A stretch of DNA of 64,000 nt from positions 24,412-88,411 of the forward strand of contig CAXTYC010000021.1 in the NCBI GenBank assembly GCA_964248365.1. The letters are read 5' to 3'. The notes beneath the pieces were generated by a model, which saw nothing but the letters and a program-made list of their open reading frames with translations, was not told the DNA's origin and did not search any database. Source of the DNA: an uncultured Chroococcidiopsis sp. (GTDB taxonomy: Bacteria > Cyanobacteriota > Cyanobacteriia > Cyanobacteriales > Chroococcidiopsidaceae). Of this stretch, positions 1 through 10,357 are shown one piece after another. Position numbers and translations under genes: made by a program. Position 1 is the first letter of the stretch. Every line of letters begins with the position of its first letter.

Positions 1-505
1 AAAGTTGAATTTCTTCTTGACCCTGCTTAGCCATTTGCCAGAATGTGCTACCAAAAATAGCAACAAATGATATAAAATAAGCAGTAAATTTATCAAACTT
101 TAATTTTGTAAGTATTTTTAAGCATAGCCAAAAATTGATAGCAAGGCTCAGCCAAAATACTGGAACAGACAAGATAAAATAATAAATTCGTTCTTTTAAC
201 TCAGACTTCAGGGGGAGGTTTTGTGTAAGTACAGTAGCTATAGCATCAAAAGGAAGAAAGAATATTGTTTGACCAATGCCAAATTTAGAAGTATAAGAGC
301 CTTTTTGATCGCGGTAAGTTGACCCATTTCCGTCTTCACCAAATGACTCAACTACAAGCCTTCTTTCCGTGACAAGTTGATGTGCTACTCGCGCTCTATC
401 TTGGGCATCAACTAGGTCTAATAAGCCCGATGCAGACCACAATGATGTTAATAGAATTGCTAAAAAGATAATTGAAGTAAGCTTTTTTTGTTTTTTGTTA
501 CTCAC
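1..505 (-). CDS. Partial multi-TM membrane protein, possibly a GT-C-fold glycosyltransferase (runs off the window edge)
   Basis: Not in the ORF track. Hand translation from GTG at 505 gives MSNKKQKKLTSIIFLAILLTSLWSASGLLDLVDAQDRARVAHQLV...YTSKFGIGQTIFFLPFD..., with hydrophobic segments. It follows a GtrA-fused gene on the same strand. Confidence 0.55.
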   Translation of the reverse strand, partial: MSNKKQKKLTSIIFLAILLTSLWSASGLLDLVDAQDRARVAHQLVTERRLVVESFGEDGNGSTYRDQKGSYTSKFGIGQTIFFLPFDAIATVLTQNLPLKSELKERIYYFILSVPVFWLSLAINFWLCLKILTKLKFDKFTAYFISFVAIFGSTFWQMAKQGQEEIQL

Positions 506-559
506 TTATTTTTTCTCTTAAGTATGTGATACCATTTTGTCAAAAATATGCAACACAAA

Positions 560-609
560 GTAGGGTGGGCAATGCCCACCGTCAATAATTTGGTGGGCGC
601 CCACCCTAC
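560..609. repeat. GTAGGGTGGGCAATGCCCACC-family short palindromic repeat (related copies near 2712-2757, 54895 and 62607)
   Basis: GTAGGGTGGGC...GCCCACCCTAC inverted arms. Confidence 0.7.
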
Positions 610-656
610 TGCAAGATGTCTATTGAAGTTCTAACTATGTGAGAACCATTTGAAGA

Positions 657-2534
657 TCAAAGATTCTGCTTCAGTGAACTTTGATTATTAGAGGCAAAAG
701 AGTACAATTTATGCCCAGTGAAACTGAGCAGAGCAACACAAGCAGCACTCACTAAACGGGCAGTGGTTGCATCCCAGTGCAAATCATTGATCAGTAGTTG
801 CAATAGTCCTAAATTAGCAAGTAAGCTGTTGAGAGCAACTGTTGTGAAAACAGCATATTGAGTTAGCCAGTTATTCCAGTAAACACCGAACACAAAGCGG
901 CGAGACAGCACAAAGTTGGTAGTTAAGCCCATAAAATAGCTGATGCACAGGGCTGAAACATACCACAAGCCCGATCGCGTTAAAATTGAGAAAACCATAA
1001 CATCTACAATCGTAGCAGCGCCACCTGTGAACAGATAGCTAACAAACTGTTGAAATGCTGCGGCTGTCTGTTGTCGCCGAGAGACTCTAGCTGGTTTAGC
1101 AGCAGTAGTCTTGTCATTAGCACTGGCTTCTTCGTGATACTCACTATCAGAATTAACTGTCCATAGATCGTGCTTACCAGGTTCAAGCACATTCTCAGCA
1201 GCTAGAATTCCCATTAATAAGCTGTGATCCTGGTTGTTGTATTTAAACGCACCGTATCGCCCTACTAGTTGCAGATTGGCAAATTGCTTTAGATAGCTTT
1301 GAATGTCTGCTAAAGCAGTTTTATAGTTACCTGCATAAATTGGGTAGGTACGCGGTAAGCGGACAACAAATCCTCCAGAAACCCTTTCGTTATGCAGTAG
1401 TCCAATTTTTCGCAGTTCTTGTTCTGCCCCAGCAATCAGTTCGGCTTCTGGCTGTTGCCACATCGGTTCACCGAAGTTGCACCAATATTCACAACACAAA
1501 GGCGTTTGATGTTGGTTTGGTAGCAGATCTGGCGACCAGTTAGCAAAGTTTGTGACTCGCCCGAACTGCACAGTCGGATCATTAATGTAAAGCCAATTAT
1601 CAGGAAATAAGTTTCTTCCTTCGACGATTAAATACACCAAAATGGTGTTGCGAAACTTTAAAGATTTAGCAGATTCTATCACCTGAATAGGCGGTGGTGA
1701 GGTAATTTGCTGCACCAGCAAACTAATCGGAATTGAAGAAATTACACCGCTACAATTAACGGTATATTCTTCTCCTGTTTGGCGATTTCTCAGGGTTACA
1801 TGAGTAACTTGAAAGTTGTCGTGATGTATTTGCACCACTTCTGTATTCACCAGAACTGGCTGATTATGTTCGTGCAGATAGTCAGCGATTTTTTCATACA
1901 ATTGCCCTGAACCAAGTCGGGGGAATTGAAATTGATCGATCAGTGTCTTGACTTTGCCATCGTTACCCAAAAGTGCGTTTTTTGCTGCTTTCAACAATGA
2001 CAAGCCTTTAATTCTTTGTGCCGCCCAATCTGCACTAATTTCTGTGCAAGGAATGCCCCACAGCTTTTCTGTATAACCCTCAAAAAATATTTCAAATAAC
2101 CGCTTGCCAAATTTACCTTTTACCCACTCGGCAAAGTTGCGGGGATTGCGAAGAGGAAATAATTGCGCTTTGATGTAAGAAGCTATAATTTTAGCGCTCT
2201 CAATTGGACCTACAGCGCGTAGCACTTCTGTTGCTTTGAGCGGATAGCCGAAGTATTTACCGCCATAGTAAATTCGTGTCAGACGGTTAACTGTGACTTG
2301 ATCGTCACCAAGTACTTCATCCCAAAGTTTGAGTACAGGTGCAATTTTGGTGAAAAAGCGGTGAGGTCCAAAATCGAGGATAAAATCTTGGTACTCAATG
2401 CTTTTGGCTAATCCACCTACTCTAGAATCTCTTTCTACAACTACAACTGATTTCCCTTGCTTTGTGAGTTGATAAGCGGCTGCTAACCCAGCTGGTCCTG
2501 CACCCAAAATATATAGTGGGCTAGTTTTGTTCAT
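657..2534 (-). CDS. FAD-dependent oxidoreductase (UDP-galactopyranose mutase/amine oxidase-like) with C-terminal GtrA domain
   Basis: N-terminal GAGPAGL dinucleotide-binding motif, DFGPHRFF, GRYGAFKYNNQDHS; the last ~125 aa form a 4-TM GtrA-like segment (YLFTGGAATIVDV...NFVLSRRFVF). Confidence 0.8.
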   Translation of the reverse strand: MNKTSPLYILGAGPAGLAAAYQLTKQGKSVVVVERDSRVGGLAKSIEYQDFILDFGPHRFFTKIAPVLKLWDEVLGDDQVTVNRLTRIYYGGKYFGYPLKATEVLRAVGPIESAKIIASYIKAQLFPLRNPRNFAEWVKGKFGKRLFEIFFEGYTEKLWGIPCTEISADWAAQRIKGLSLLKAAKNALLGNDGKVKTLIDQFQFPRLGSGQLYEKIADYLHEHNQPVLVNTEVVQIHHDNFQVTHVTLRNRQTGEEYTVNCSGVISSIPISLLVQQITSPPPIQVIESAKSLKFRNTILVYLIVEGRNLFPDNWLYINDPTVQFGRVTNFANWSPDLLPNQHQTPLCCEYWCNFGEPMWQQPEAELIAGAEQELRKIGLLHNERVSGGFVVRLPRTYPIYAGNYKTALADIQSYLKQFANLQLVGRYGAFKYNNQDHSLLMGILAAENVLEPGKHDLWTVNSDSEYHEEASANDKTTAAKPARVSRRQQTAAAFQQFVSYLFTGGAATIVDVMVFSILTRSGLWYVSALCISYFMGLTTNFVLSRRFVFGVYWNNWLTQYAVFTTVALNSLLANLGLLQLLINDLHWDATTARLVSAACVALLSFTGHKLYSFASNNQSSLKQNL

Positions 2535-2760
2535 AGCTATAGCTAAAATTTTAAAATTTGCCTTAACAATATCCCACCCCTTTGGGATGTGACTGTCACA
2601 TCAGTATATTTTCGTATAAACTTCATCAAAATTCAAACTATATGAAGTTTATATGAATTTGGATTGTGTCATACCATTTCGCTGTTAAAGCACATTAAAT
2701 CAGCCGCGTTTGCCACCCATGCCCACCAAATTATTGATGGTGGGCATGGGTGGCAAACTT

Positions 2761-5649
2761 TCATCGTTCAGCCACTGGTGGCGATTCTCGCTTTAAGACA
2801 ACGCGATCGCCGTAATTTAACAGCCTTTCTAGAGTAGCAAGCCGATTTTGCCACATTTGGACTTGATAGGGATTTTCCAGCGCCTGCGATCGCATCCAAA
2901 TTTGAAATCCTGACTGGAATTTATTCAGCGCAGATCTTGCCACTGTCATATTACCAGGAGAAGGTGATTTAGACAACCCATTTAAGGCGCTTTCGAGATC
3001 TTTTGCCTGGGTATTAAAGGCAGAAAGATCTCTCCCCCTAAGCCAAAGTTGGTTATTTGATAGCAGAAAATTCCATTCCTGTTGTAAGGTAGCGTAACGA
3101 ACAGCAGCAGTTTGGAACGGCTGACGGTAAGGAACGAGCGCAGATGGTCTACTGTTAGTAGTGCTTTGGGTGTTATGGAAGATCTTTTGTAGTTCGTCGC
3201 TGAGATTTTCAACGGCGAATAAAGAGTAACCGCTGACAGGCAAATCTCTTACTAGCTGGATTTGATCGAAAGCCTCTAGTGTAGGCAAGTTGAGCAGGCG
3301 AATTCCTGGCAAAATCAAAGCCGAGCCTAATTTAGTTGAGGTGATCCAAGGTTGGGCAAGGCGTTGAAAGCGATAGGTATCCTTTGCATAAGTCATGGGG
3401 ACGACTAAATCGATGTCACCGCGATTTGCCCAAACTTCCCAGTGTTGTTGCAATTTTTGAATGCGATCGTGTTCCGACAGGGGAAAAACGGCAACAGACA
3501 TAATCAGATTGGGGCGCTTTTGGCGTAACCTTTGGGATGCTTCCGCGACAAAGCTATCAATTTGGCTAGTGCGAAAATCTGTCCACTTTTGCCACAGATC
3601 GCGATCGCTTGCTTTAATAGTGGTTGGATCTACTCCTGTCAGTTGTTGAAACTGTTGCCTTGCCGCTATACCATAACCGTAGGTACGATCAGCCCCAGGA
3701 TCTTGAAAAGGATAGCGAATATAGTCTAATTGCAGTCCATCGACTTGATAGCGACTGACAATTTCCTCATATAGTTGTAGTAAATACTGACGGGCTGCTC
3801 TATTCGCCGGATCTAAAAATGGCTTGCCTTGACCTGGCGGAAACAAGCTACCACGATTATCATAACTAGCCCAGTCAGGATGAGCAGTAATTACTGGTCC
3901 TGGGTAATCAGCTGGCGCATTTATGAGGGGATTATGACGCTTATTGCCAACAGCAAAAGTCCAAACCCAGGCGTGTAACTCCATACCCCGCTCATGAGCT
4001 AACTTTACGCCGCTAGCCAGCGGGTCCCAACCTCTAACTAAAGGGTTGAGCTGTACTGCTACTTGACTAGGATAGATGGGAAAACCAGCATTAACTGTTT
4101 CAAAAAAGACAGTATTAATTCCTGCTGCTGCTAGACGGTCAAAAATCTTTGCTAGTCCTTGCTCTGAGCCAGCACGAACAATGCTACCTCGGTCTAACCA
4201 CATTGCCCGAATTTCTGGCTGAGCCATATTCCGATCAGTTGGATATTGTTGCCATAAAAGTTGCTGTGCTTTGAGCCACTGTTGTCGAGCTGAAGTATAG
4301 TCCTTTTGGGCAATCAACTGGGGCAGAGCTTTAGCAATTTCTTTTGCCTGTGCTACAGCTTGTTCTGGAGTGAGACTTGAGAACTGAGGACTAAGTGAAG
4401 CATTAATTTTCTCTCCCTCTGTTCCTTTTTCCCCCTCGCCTCCTCTAACTAAGGCAGCTAGTTGGGCGCTTTCTAATCGACCGATGAGCTTTTCTAGCTC
4501 TTGTTTGAGGGCGATCGCTTGTACTCCTACCAGCGGTTCTGTGGAATTGGGAGCAATTTGTAAACCTGGAGGTACTATGCGTTCGATTGGCTCGTCGGCG
4601 GGAGGTGAAGAGGCTGAGGGAGCTGGGGGAGCTGGGGGAGATGGGGGAGCTGAGGGAGCTGGGGGAGTTGAGGGAGTTGGGGAAGAATTGCTAGTTTGTA
4701 ATTCTCCTGACGTGGGGCTTCTGGCTTCTGACTCCTGACTTTTGGCTCTTGACTGCTGACTTGTGGCGTGGGACGTGGGAGCAGTTGCCATACCATTACA
4801 GTTTTTGGGTGATTCAGTTGTTGTGCTTGCTGGCAGTTGAATATACTGACTGAGTGCTGCTCGTAACCAAGCGTTATCAAACGAGACAGGTGCTACTGTA
4901 TTTATTCCCCAACGCCAACCCAAAACTGTTGACCTTTCGGTTGTTATGACTGCCGCTTGGTTTTCTGTAGGCTGCCAAACCGCAGCGGGTTTACTATTCA
5001 TTCCGGTTGGAATTATTACGCCCCCTGCTATCATTGCGCCGCCACCTGCCCCGCGTACCCATTGCTGAGCATTGGTACGTAGTGGTTGTAAGTTAGTAGG
5101 AGTCGTAAGAGAAAATCCCCAGTAAGCTCCCAAAAGAGAGCCTAACAGCTGACGTACTCCCGGCTGGCTCATATTGCCCACCGGACCACTGGCAATTACC
5201 CTTCCGCCCCGACTCATCCACTCTTCTAGGGCGATCGCTTGTGCTGGTGTGACTTTCTCTACATTGGGCAAAAATACCACTGGGCGATCGCCTAGATCAG
5301 TTGCACTCGTCACAGTAGGCAGATCGATCACACAATAAGCTACCCCAGCTGTCTGTAAGCGTGATGTAATCTCTGTCCATTGCGCGGCATTTTCCTCACT
5401 CTTGACTACTCCTAAAACCGCTGGATCTGCCCCTTGTGCTGGGAGTAGGACTAAACAAGAGGCGAGGGGCAATAGGCTTGAAACGATTTGCAAGTGTGCG
5501 CGAGAAGACACTCGACAATTGGAAAGTGAAACCGAATAATCCTTCCTTTTCCCCTTTACCGAGTCCCTTTTCCCTACCCCAGGCTTAGCCTGTACCAGTG
5601 TTGCTAGTAGAGATGAAAAATTAAATTTATTACGCATTACTATATACAA
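2761..5649 (-). CDS. Glycoside hydrolase-like family 10 (GHL10/DUF187) protein
   Basis: EIRAMWLD, HERGMELHAWVW, FLDPAN, YQVDGLQLDYIRYP motifs; true start may be downstream of the ORF start. Confidence 0.85.
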   Translation of the reverse strand: MYIVMRNKFNFSSLLATLVQAKPGVGKRDSVKGKRKDYSVSLSNCRVSSRAHLQIVSSLLPLASCLVLLPAQGADPAVLGVVKSEENAAQWTEITSRLQTAGVAYCVIDLPTVTSATDLGDRPVVFLPNVEKVTPAQAIALEEWMSRGGRVIASGPVGNMSQPGVRQLLGSLLGAYWGFSLTTPTNLQPLRTNAQQWVRGAGGGAMIAGGVIIPTGMNSKPAAVWQPTENQAAVITTERSTVLGWRWGINTVAPVSFDNAWLRAALSQYIQLPASTTTESPKNCNGMATAPTSHATSQQSRAKSQESEARSPTSGELQTSNSSPTPSTPPAPSAPPSPPAPPAPSASSPPADEPIERIVPPGLQIAPNSTEPLVGVQAIALKQELEKLIGRLESAQLAALVRGGEGEKGTEGEKINASLSPQFSSLTPEQAVAQAKEIAKALPQLIAQKDYTSARQQWLKAQQLLWQQYPTDRNMAQPEIRAMWLDRGSIVRAGSEQGLAKIFDRLAAAGINTVFFETVNAGFPIYPSQVAVQLNPLVRGWDPLASGVKLAHERGMELHAWVWTFAVGNKRHNPLINAPADYPGPVITAHPDWASYDNRGSLFPPGQGKPFLDPANRAARQYLLQLYEEIVSRYQVDGLQLDYIRYPFQDPGADRTYGYGIAARQQFQQLTGVDPTTIKASDRDLWQKWTDFRTSQIDSFVAEASQRLRQKRPNLIMSVAVFPLSEHDRIQKLQQHWEVWANRGDIDLVVPMTYAKDTYRFQRLAQPWITSTKLGSALILPGIRLLNLPTLEAFDQIQLVRDLPVSGYSLFAVENLSDELQKIFHNTQSTTNSRPSALVPYRQPFQTAAVRYATLQQEWNFLLSNNQLWLRGRDLSAFNTQAKDLESALNGLSKSPSPGNMTVARSALNKFQSGFQIWMRSQALENPYQVQMWQNRLATLERLLNYGDRVVLKRESPPVAER

Positions 5650-6962
5650 GCCTCAATTAGCTCTTCAACTGAGCGGACTGGGATAATTGTTGTATCTAGT
5701 TTATGAGCTAATTCTTCTACTGTCATGTCATCAAGAAAACAAGAATCCCCAAGGCGTAGCATCACACCTGGCAACAAAATAGCATTGCCCAATTCCTTGC
5801 CTTGTAATTTTTCTAGCAAATCACAACCTGTCAGCAATCCAGTTACGCTGATCTCCTGACCCCAGTAATTACTACTTAGCGCCTCCATATTTACACGTAG
5901 ACCCCTAACTTGATTCAACTGGTGCAGTATGGGCGCAAATGCTTTTTCCACAGCATTGCCTACTACCCAAGTAAATTGTCGTGGCGGCTCAACTTGTTGC
6001 GGAAGACGTGAGGCGGCGGCAGCAAATTGTTTGAGGAAAGAGCGAATAGAACCTACACCATTGTCAATTTGGGGATAGTCTTCATAGTGAGATTCGGCAG
6101 GTAATTCCTCGCCTGCAATCAAAAACCATTCATCCGCTAGCCAAGCAAAATTAGAACCTAACGCCACGCGAAATTTGTTTTGGAGAGCTTGAACTTGGGA
6201 TATTACTTCAACTGCTTTGTCTGGGTTGACTGGGGTTAATTCATCCTTCGATGGGCGAAATCTTGTCAAGCCTACTGGTACGACTGCAACAGAAGACAGG
6301 GCGGGTATTTCCCCTCGATGAAATTGCGCTAAATCGAGCAAGGTACGTTCGAGATGCACACCATCGTTAATCCCAGGACAAACAACAACCTGAGCATGAA
6401 TTTGTAACCGTCGCTCCTCAAACCACCTAATTTGTGACAAAATTTCACCAGCGCGAGGATTTTTCAATAGCCGAGTTCGTATCTCTGGCTCGGTAGCATG
6501 AACAGAAACGTATAAGGGAGATAGCCGCAGCTGCTCAATTCGCTTCCATTCGCGTTGGGTAAGATTTGTCAGAGTTAGGTAAGAGCCATAAAGAAAGCTC
6601 AGACGATAGTCGTCGTCTTTCAGGTACAAACTTTGTCGTTTACCAGGTGGCTGCTGATCAATGAAGCAAAAAGGGCAGCGATTATTACATTGAATCAAGC
6701 CGTCAAATAAAGCGGTTTCAAATTCTAGCCCTAGATCTTCGTCGTAGTCTTTTTCTATTTCAAGCCGATGAGTTTTACCTGCTGCGTCTAAAACTTCTAG
6801 TTGCAGCACTTCATCAGCGCACAAGAACTGATAATCTATCAAGTCACGGGGTTGGCTGCCGTTAATCGCTACGATCGCATCGCCTGGTTCAAATCCAATC
6901 TCAGCTGCAATTGAATCAGGCAATACATTAGAAATTTTCGCAGGACGAATTGCTTCACTCAT
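5640..6962 (-). CDS. TIGR03279-type putative Fe-S/radical SAM protein (PDZ + DUF512)
   Basis: N-terminal PDZ-like segment, CNNRCPFCFIDQQP motif, KDDDYRLSFLYGSYLTLTN. Confidence 0.85.
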   Translation of the reverse strand: MSEAIRPAKISNVLPDSIAAEIGFEPGDAIVAINGSQPRDLIDYQFLCADEVLQLEVLDAAGKTHRLEIEKDYDEDLGLEFETALFDGLIQCNNRCPFCFIDQQPPGKRQSLYLKDDDYRLSFLYGSYLTLTNLTQREWKRIEQLRLSPLYVSVHATEPEIRTRLLKNPRAGEILSQIRWFEERRLQIHAQVVVCPGINDGVHLERTLLDLAQFHRGEIPALSSVAVVPVGLTRFRPSKDELTPVNPDKAVEVISQVQALQNKFRVALGSNFAWLADEWFLIAGEELPAESHYEDYPQIDNGVGSIRSFLKQFAAAASRLPQQVEPPRQFTWVVGNAVEKAFAPILHQLNQVRGLRVNMEALSSNYWGQEISVTGLLTGCDLLEKLQGKELGNAILLPGVMLRLGDSCFLDDMTVEELAHKLDTTIIPVRSVEELIEACI

Positions 6963-7339
6963 AAGTTGGCGTTTAGGCAGTCGAGCTATAGCTATCTGCT
7001 TTTAAAATTTTCGCCCTTCCAAGCAACTACTGTCCACCAATTGGGTGAATTACAAGCTAGGGGTGAGGGGCTAGAAAAAGAGGTATTGCGGTAAAGAGGT
7101 ATTGCGGTAAACTTATATCTTGCACCATCGCTCTCGACCGCAAGGAAATTAATTTCCACAGCAAGTAACTCAAGTCCATTAAAATGGACCCGATGCCGCG
7201 AGCAATCCTCTTGAGAGGATTTGGGCTATTAGCTTTGGAATTTGAATTCAAAAGCGGGTGAACAGGCAGGTGCAATATGTGAGTAAAGGTAATTTCTCCC
7301 CAGCTCCCGTTTGCTCCCCTACTTCCTACTCCTTACTTA

Positions 7340-8293
7340 TTAGCTATTTTTCAACAATCCAGCTGCGATCGCTCCCAATATCGCCACCCCAAAGGCAAGT
7401 CGATACCAAACAAATATCCAGGTATTTTTGGTTTGGAGGTAGCGCAGCAGCCATGCGATCGCAATGTAGGAAAAAACAGCAGATGAAATTACCCCAACTA
7501 CGATTGACAATATTCCAGCTCCTGCCAATCCTGCTTTTAAAGCATCCTTTAACTCTACCAACCCTGCCAGGGTAATAGATGGGATACCCAGTAAAAACGA
7601 AAATCTAGCAGCAGCAGCCCGTTCTATACCCATAAACAACCCAGCCGTTAGCGTAGAACCGGAGCGAGAGACACCTGGAAATAAAGCTAGCGACTGAGCC
7701 AAACCCATCAAAACTCCATCCCCAATACCTAGATCCTCAAAGTTGCGCTTACGCTTGCCTAGTTTCTCTGCTAGTCCGAGTAAGATAGACATCACAATTG
7801 AGTAGATAGCGATCGCTGCTAAACTCCGCATCGGTGATTTGTCAAAGTTGGGAACAAAAATTTTGATCAGCAACCCAAAAAAAACTATCGGTATTGTTCC
7901 CAACACTATCCCCGCGGCGAGGCGAAATTCGTGTGAGCGGTAATTTGAAGAGGCGATCGCGCGGGCTGCTCCTGTCGTAATTTGTGTCAAATCGCGCCAG
8001 AAGTACCACACAACCGCAGCAATACTACCCAGTTGAATCACAGCCGTATAAGCAACCCCAGGATCGCCCCAACCCAGCACTACTGGCACAACTTTTAAAT
8101 GAGCCGTACTGCTAATAGGCAGAAATTCAGTTACTCCTTGCACTATGCCAAGAATAAAAGATTGAAACAGGTTCATCCCAGTTACAGATCCTGCCGAGTC
8201 TGGCACAGCAGCGAGAACCTTGAGCGGCATCACCGACCAAGCGGCGACACCTGCAACTGCTAGCCTGAACATTTGACGTTGTGATAAAGCCAT
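7340..8293 (-). CDS. uppP: Undecaprenyl-diphosphate phosphatase
   Basis: GIVQGVTEFLPISSTAH and PGVSRSGST signature motifs. Confidence 0.95.
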   Translation of the reverse strand: MALSQRQMFRLAVAGVAAWSVMPLKVLAAVPDSAGSVTGMNLFQSFILGIVQGVTEFLPISSTAHLKVVPVVLGWGDPGVAYTAVIQLGSIAAVVWYFWRDLTQITTGAARAIASSNYRSHEFRLAAGIVLGTIPIVFFGLLIKIFVPNFDKSPMRSLAAIAIYSIVMSILLGLAEKLGKRKRNFEDLGIGDGVLMGLAQSLALFPGVSRSGSTLTAGLFMGIERAAAARFSFLLGIPSITLAGLVELKDALKAGLAGAGILSIVVGVISSAVFSYIAIAWLLRYLQTKNTWIFVWYRLAFGVAILGAIAAGLLKNS

Positions 8294-8657
8294 AATTTTA
8301 ATAATTCGTAAGCGCGTAAGCGCGTAAGCGCGTAATTATTTCTACTCTTGGACGGGTACTTTTAGCAAACATACCTGTAGTCTGTGTGGGTTTTAAAGCT
8401 ATAGGCTCCTACACGACCATATTCTCGCTACAGCATACCTGATTAGAAATTCATAATTCATAAGCGCGTAATTCGTAATTCGTAATTTTTCTTTTCCCCT
8501 TGCGCCCCTTGCGCCCCCCTGCTCAAGATCGCTCTCTACTAGCCAGCTTGTAAAAAATTTAGATATGATAAATATGCCTTCTGGATGCCCCAAGGGGGGA
8601 TACTTTGTTATGATAGATTGAATAAGATTAAGTTAAGTAACAAATATTAACAATCAA

Positions 8658-9431
8658 TTGATTAATAATACCTTGTCTTCATACACCGCTTCTGCCCCTA
8701 CAATCAGCCCAGCCTCTTCTGGGACAAGGAAGGCTATTCATTTATCGGGGCTAGAGACGTTGCCCCAAACGTCTGTAAAGAATTCAAAAGTTACTGTAAA
8801 GCAAACCTGGTTAGTGTTTGCAGCAGCTGTATTTTTAGTATCTGTACCAGTGTTTATTGAAGCGCCCCTAGTGCGATCGCAGAGGCTGCTCAGTTTAGCG
8901 ATGACAATTGGCTTGATATGGCTAAGTTTTAAACTCATGTCTCGCCCATCAAGCTATTTATGGGGAGATATCTTACTGGGGTTTAGCCTCAGTTGGTTAG
9001 CAGGGTCGATTTACTGGGGTTGGTTACGGTGGGAACCCTTATTACATTTACCAGTAGAAGCGATCGGTCTACCATTTGCCCTAGTGTGTTTAAAGCGAGG
9101 TTGGGGCAAGGTAGGAAACTTTTTCTATCTTGGTTCTCTACTAGGGACAGCGATCACAGATGTGTATTTTTATTTAGTTGATTTAATTCCCCACTGGCGA
9201 CAAATCATGCAGGTAGAGCCAGAAAGAGTTTCACCAATTTTGCATAATGCTTTAGCGCAAGTACAAACACCTTGGGGACTAAGCTGGGCGCTGATTTTGG
9301 CAACTGTGCTGCTAACAATAGGAATTTTTCCCTTACGCTCTGGGCAGTGCCATTGGTGGGCATTTAGTGGAGCGGTGTTAAGCACAATCTTAGTAGATAG
9401 CTTATTCTGGCTAGCTGCGGCGGTGGCTTAG
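8658..9431 (+). CDS. DUF3120 family cyanobacterial membrane protein
   Basis: FLVSVPVFIEAPLVR, WLAGSIYWGWLRWEP, FYLGSLLGTAITD motifs. Confidence 0.8.
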   Translation: MINNTLSSYTASAPTISPASSGTRKAIHLSGLETLPQTSVKNSKVTVKQTWLVFAAAVFLVSVPVFIEAPLVRSQRLLSLAMTIGLIWLSFKLMSRPSSYLWGDILLGFSLSWLAGSIYWGWLRWEPLLHLPVEAIGLPFALVCLKRGWGKVGNFFYLGSLLGTAITDVYFYLVDLIPHWRQIMQVEPERVSPILHNALAQVQTPWGLSWALILATVLLTIGIFPLRSGQCHWWAFSGAVLSTILVDSLFWLAAAVA

Positions 9432-9735
9432 TACCAAAGGGAAAAGGGAAAGGGAAATCAGTTACCAGTTACCAGTTACCAGTTAAAAAAAAAGGAAAAG
9501 GGTAAAGAGGTATTGCGGTAAAGGAAATTCGCGCATTCGAAATTGATAATTTTCCCCTTGTCCCCTTGTCCTCACGTGCGCCCCTAGCCCCTTCTTAGAG
9601 GCAATCTGAATTAGGCAAGGGTGTTTTTTCAGTCTTGATAGTAAAGCCTGATATCTAAGAGATCAATTAGCTATATATTAGTTTCTGATACCTGCTGTGT
9701 GCTGATTTGTGTTGGATAAAAGAGGAAAAGAAACT

Positions 9736-10176
9736 GTGAAACGATTAATACGCTTATTAACAGTATTGAGTTTGTTAGTAGGGTTTATGGGATGGCTTGG
9801 AGTGTCCCAACCTGTCTTGGCTGCAAATTTAAGCAATGTTACCTGGCGCTCAGTGCCGATTTTGGCAGTTGAATCACAAGAGACTTTGCGAAACCGAGCA
9901 GATGCCAAGCTAGCAACTGAGTTTGGGAAAAAAATCGATTTGAATAACACCAATGTAAGGGCTTTTCAGAAGTACCCTGGAATGTATCCCACCCTAGCGC
10001 GGAAAATTATTGCAAATGCTCCCTACGAGAATGTAGAGGATGTATTGAATATTCAGGGACTAAGCGATCGCCAAAAAGAAATCCTGCAAGCTAACCTAGA
10101 TAACTTCGCTGTAACTGATGTTGAATCAGCCTTTACCGAAGGCGACGACCGTTATAACAACGGCATCTACAGGTAA
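9736..10176 (+). CDS. psbU: Photosystem II 12 kDa extrinsic protein PsbU
   Basis: Signal peptide, [24 protein letters not shown]-terminal [12 protein letters not shown] at 9736 follows AGAGGA. Confidence 0.95.
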   Translation: MKRLIRLLTVLSLLVGFMGWLGVSQPVLAANLSNVTWRSVPILAVESQETLRNRADAKLATEFGKKIDLNNTNVRAFQKYPGMYPTLARKIIANAPYENVEDVLNIQGLSDRQKEILQANLDNFAVTDVESAFTEGDDRYNNGIYR

Positions 10177-10205
10177 TTCACAAGTGAATCCCTAGTTCAG
10201 TCTTC

Positions 10206-10236
10206 AACCCACCCTGTTATAGTGTGGGTTTTTTTT
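10206..10236 (+). terminator. Intrinsic terminator after psbU
   Basis: AACCCAC...GTGGGTT stem followed by a T-run. Confidence 0.65.
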
Positions 10237-10357
10237 ATTAAGGTTGAAATAAAGGCTGAATTATAAAGGATAAAGGGGAAAGGGTAAAGGAGACCCACGA
10301 CCCACGACAGGAGACAGAATATTTAATTCTTTCATCTCCCCTTGTCGGGTTGTCCCC

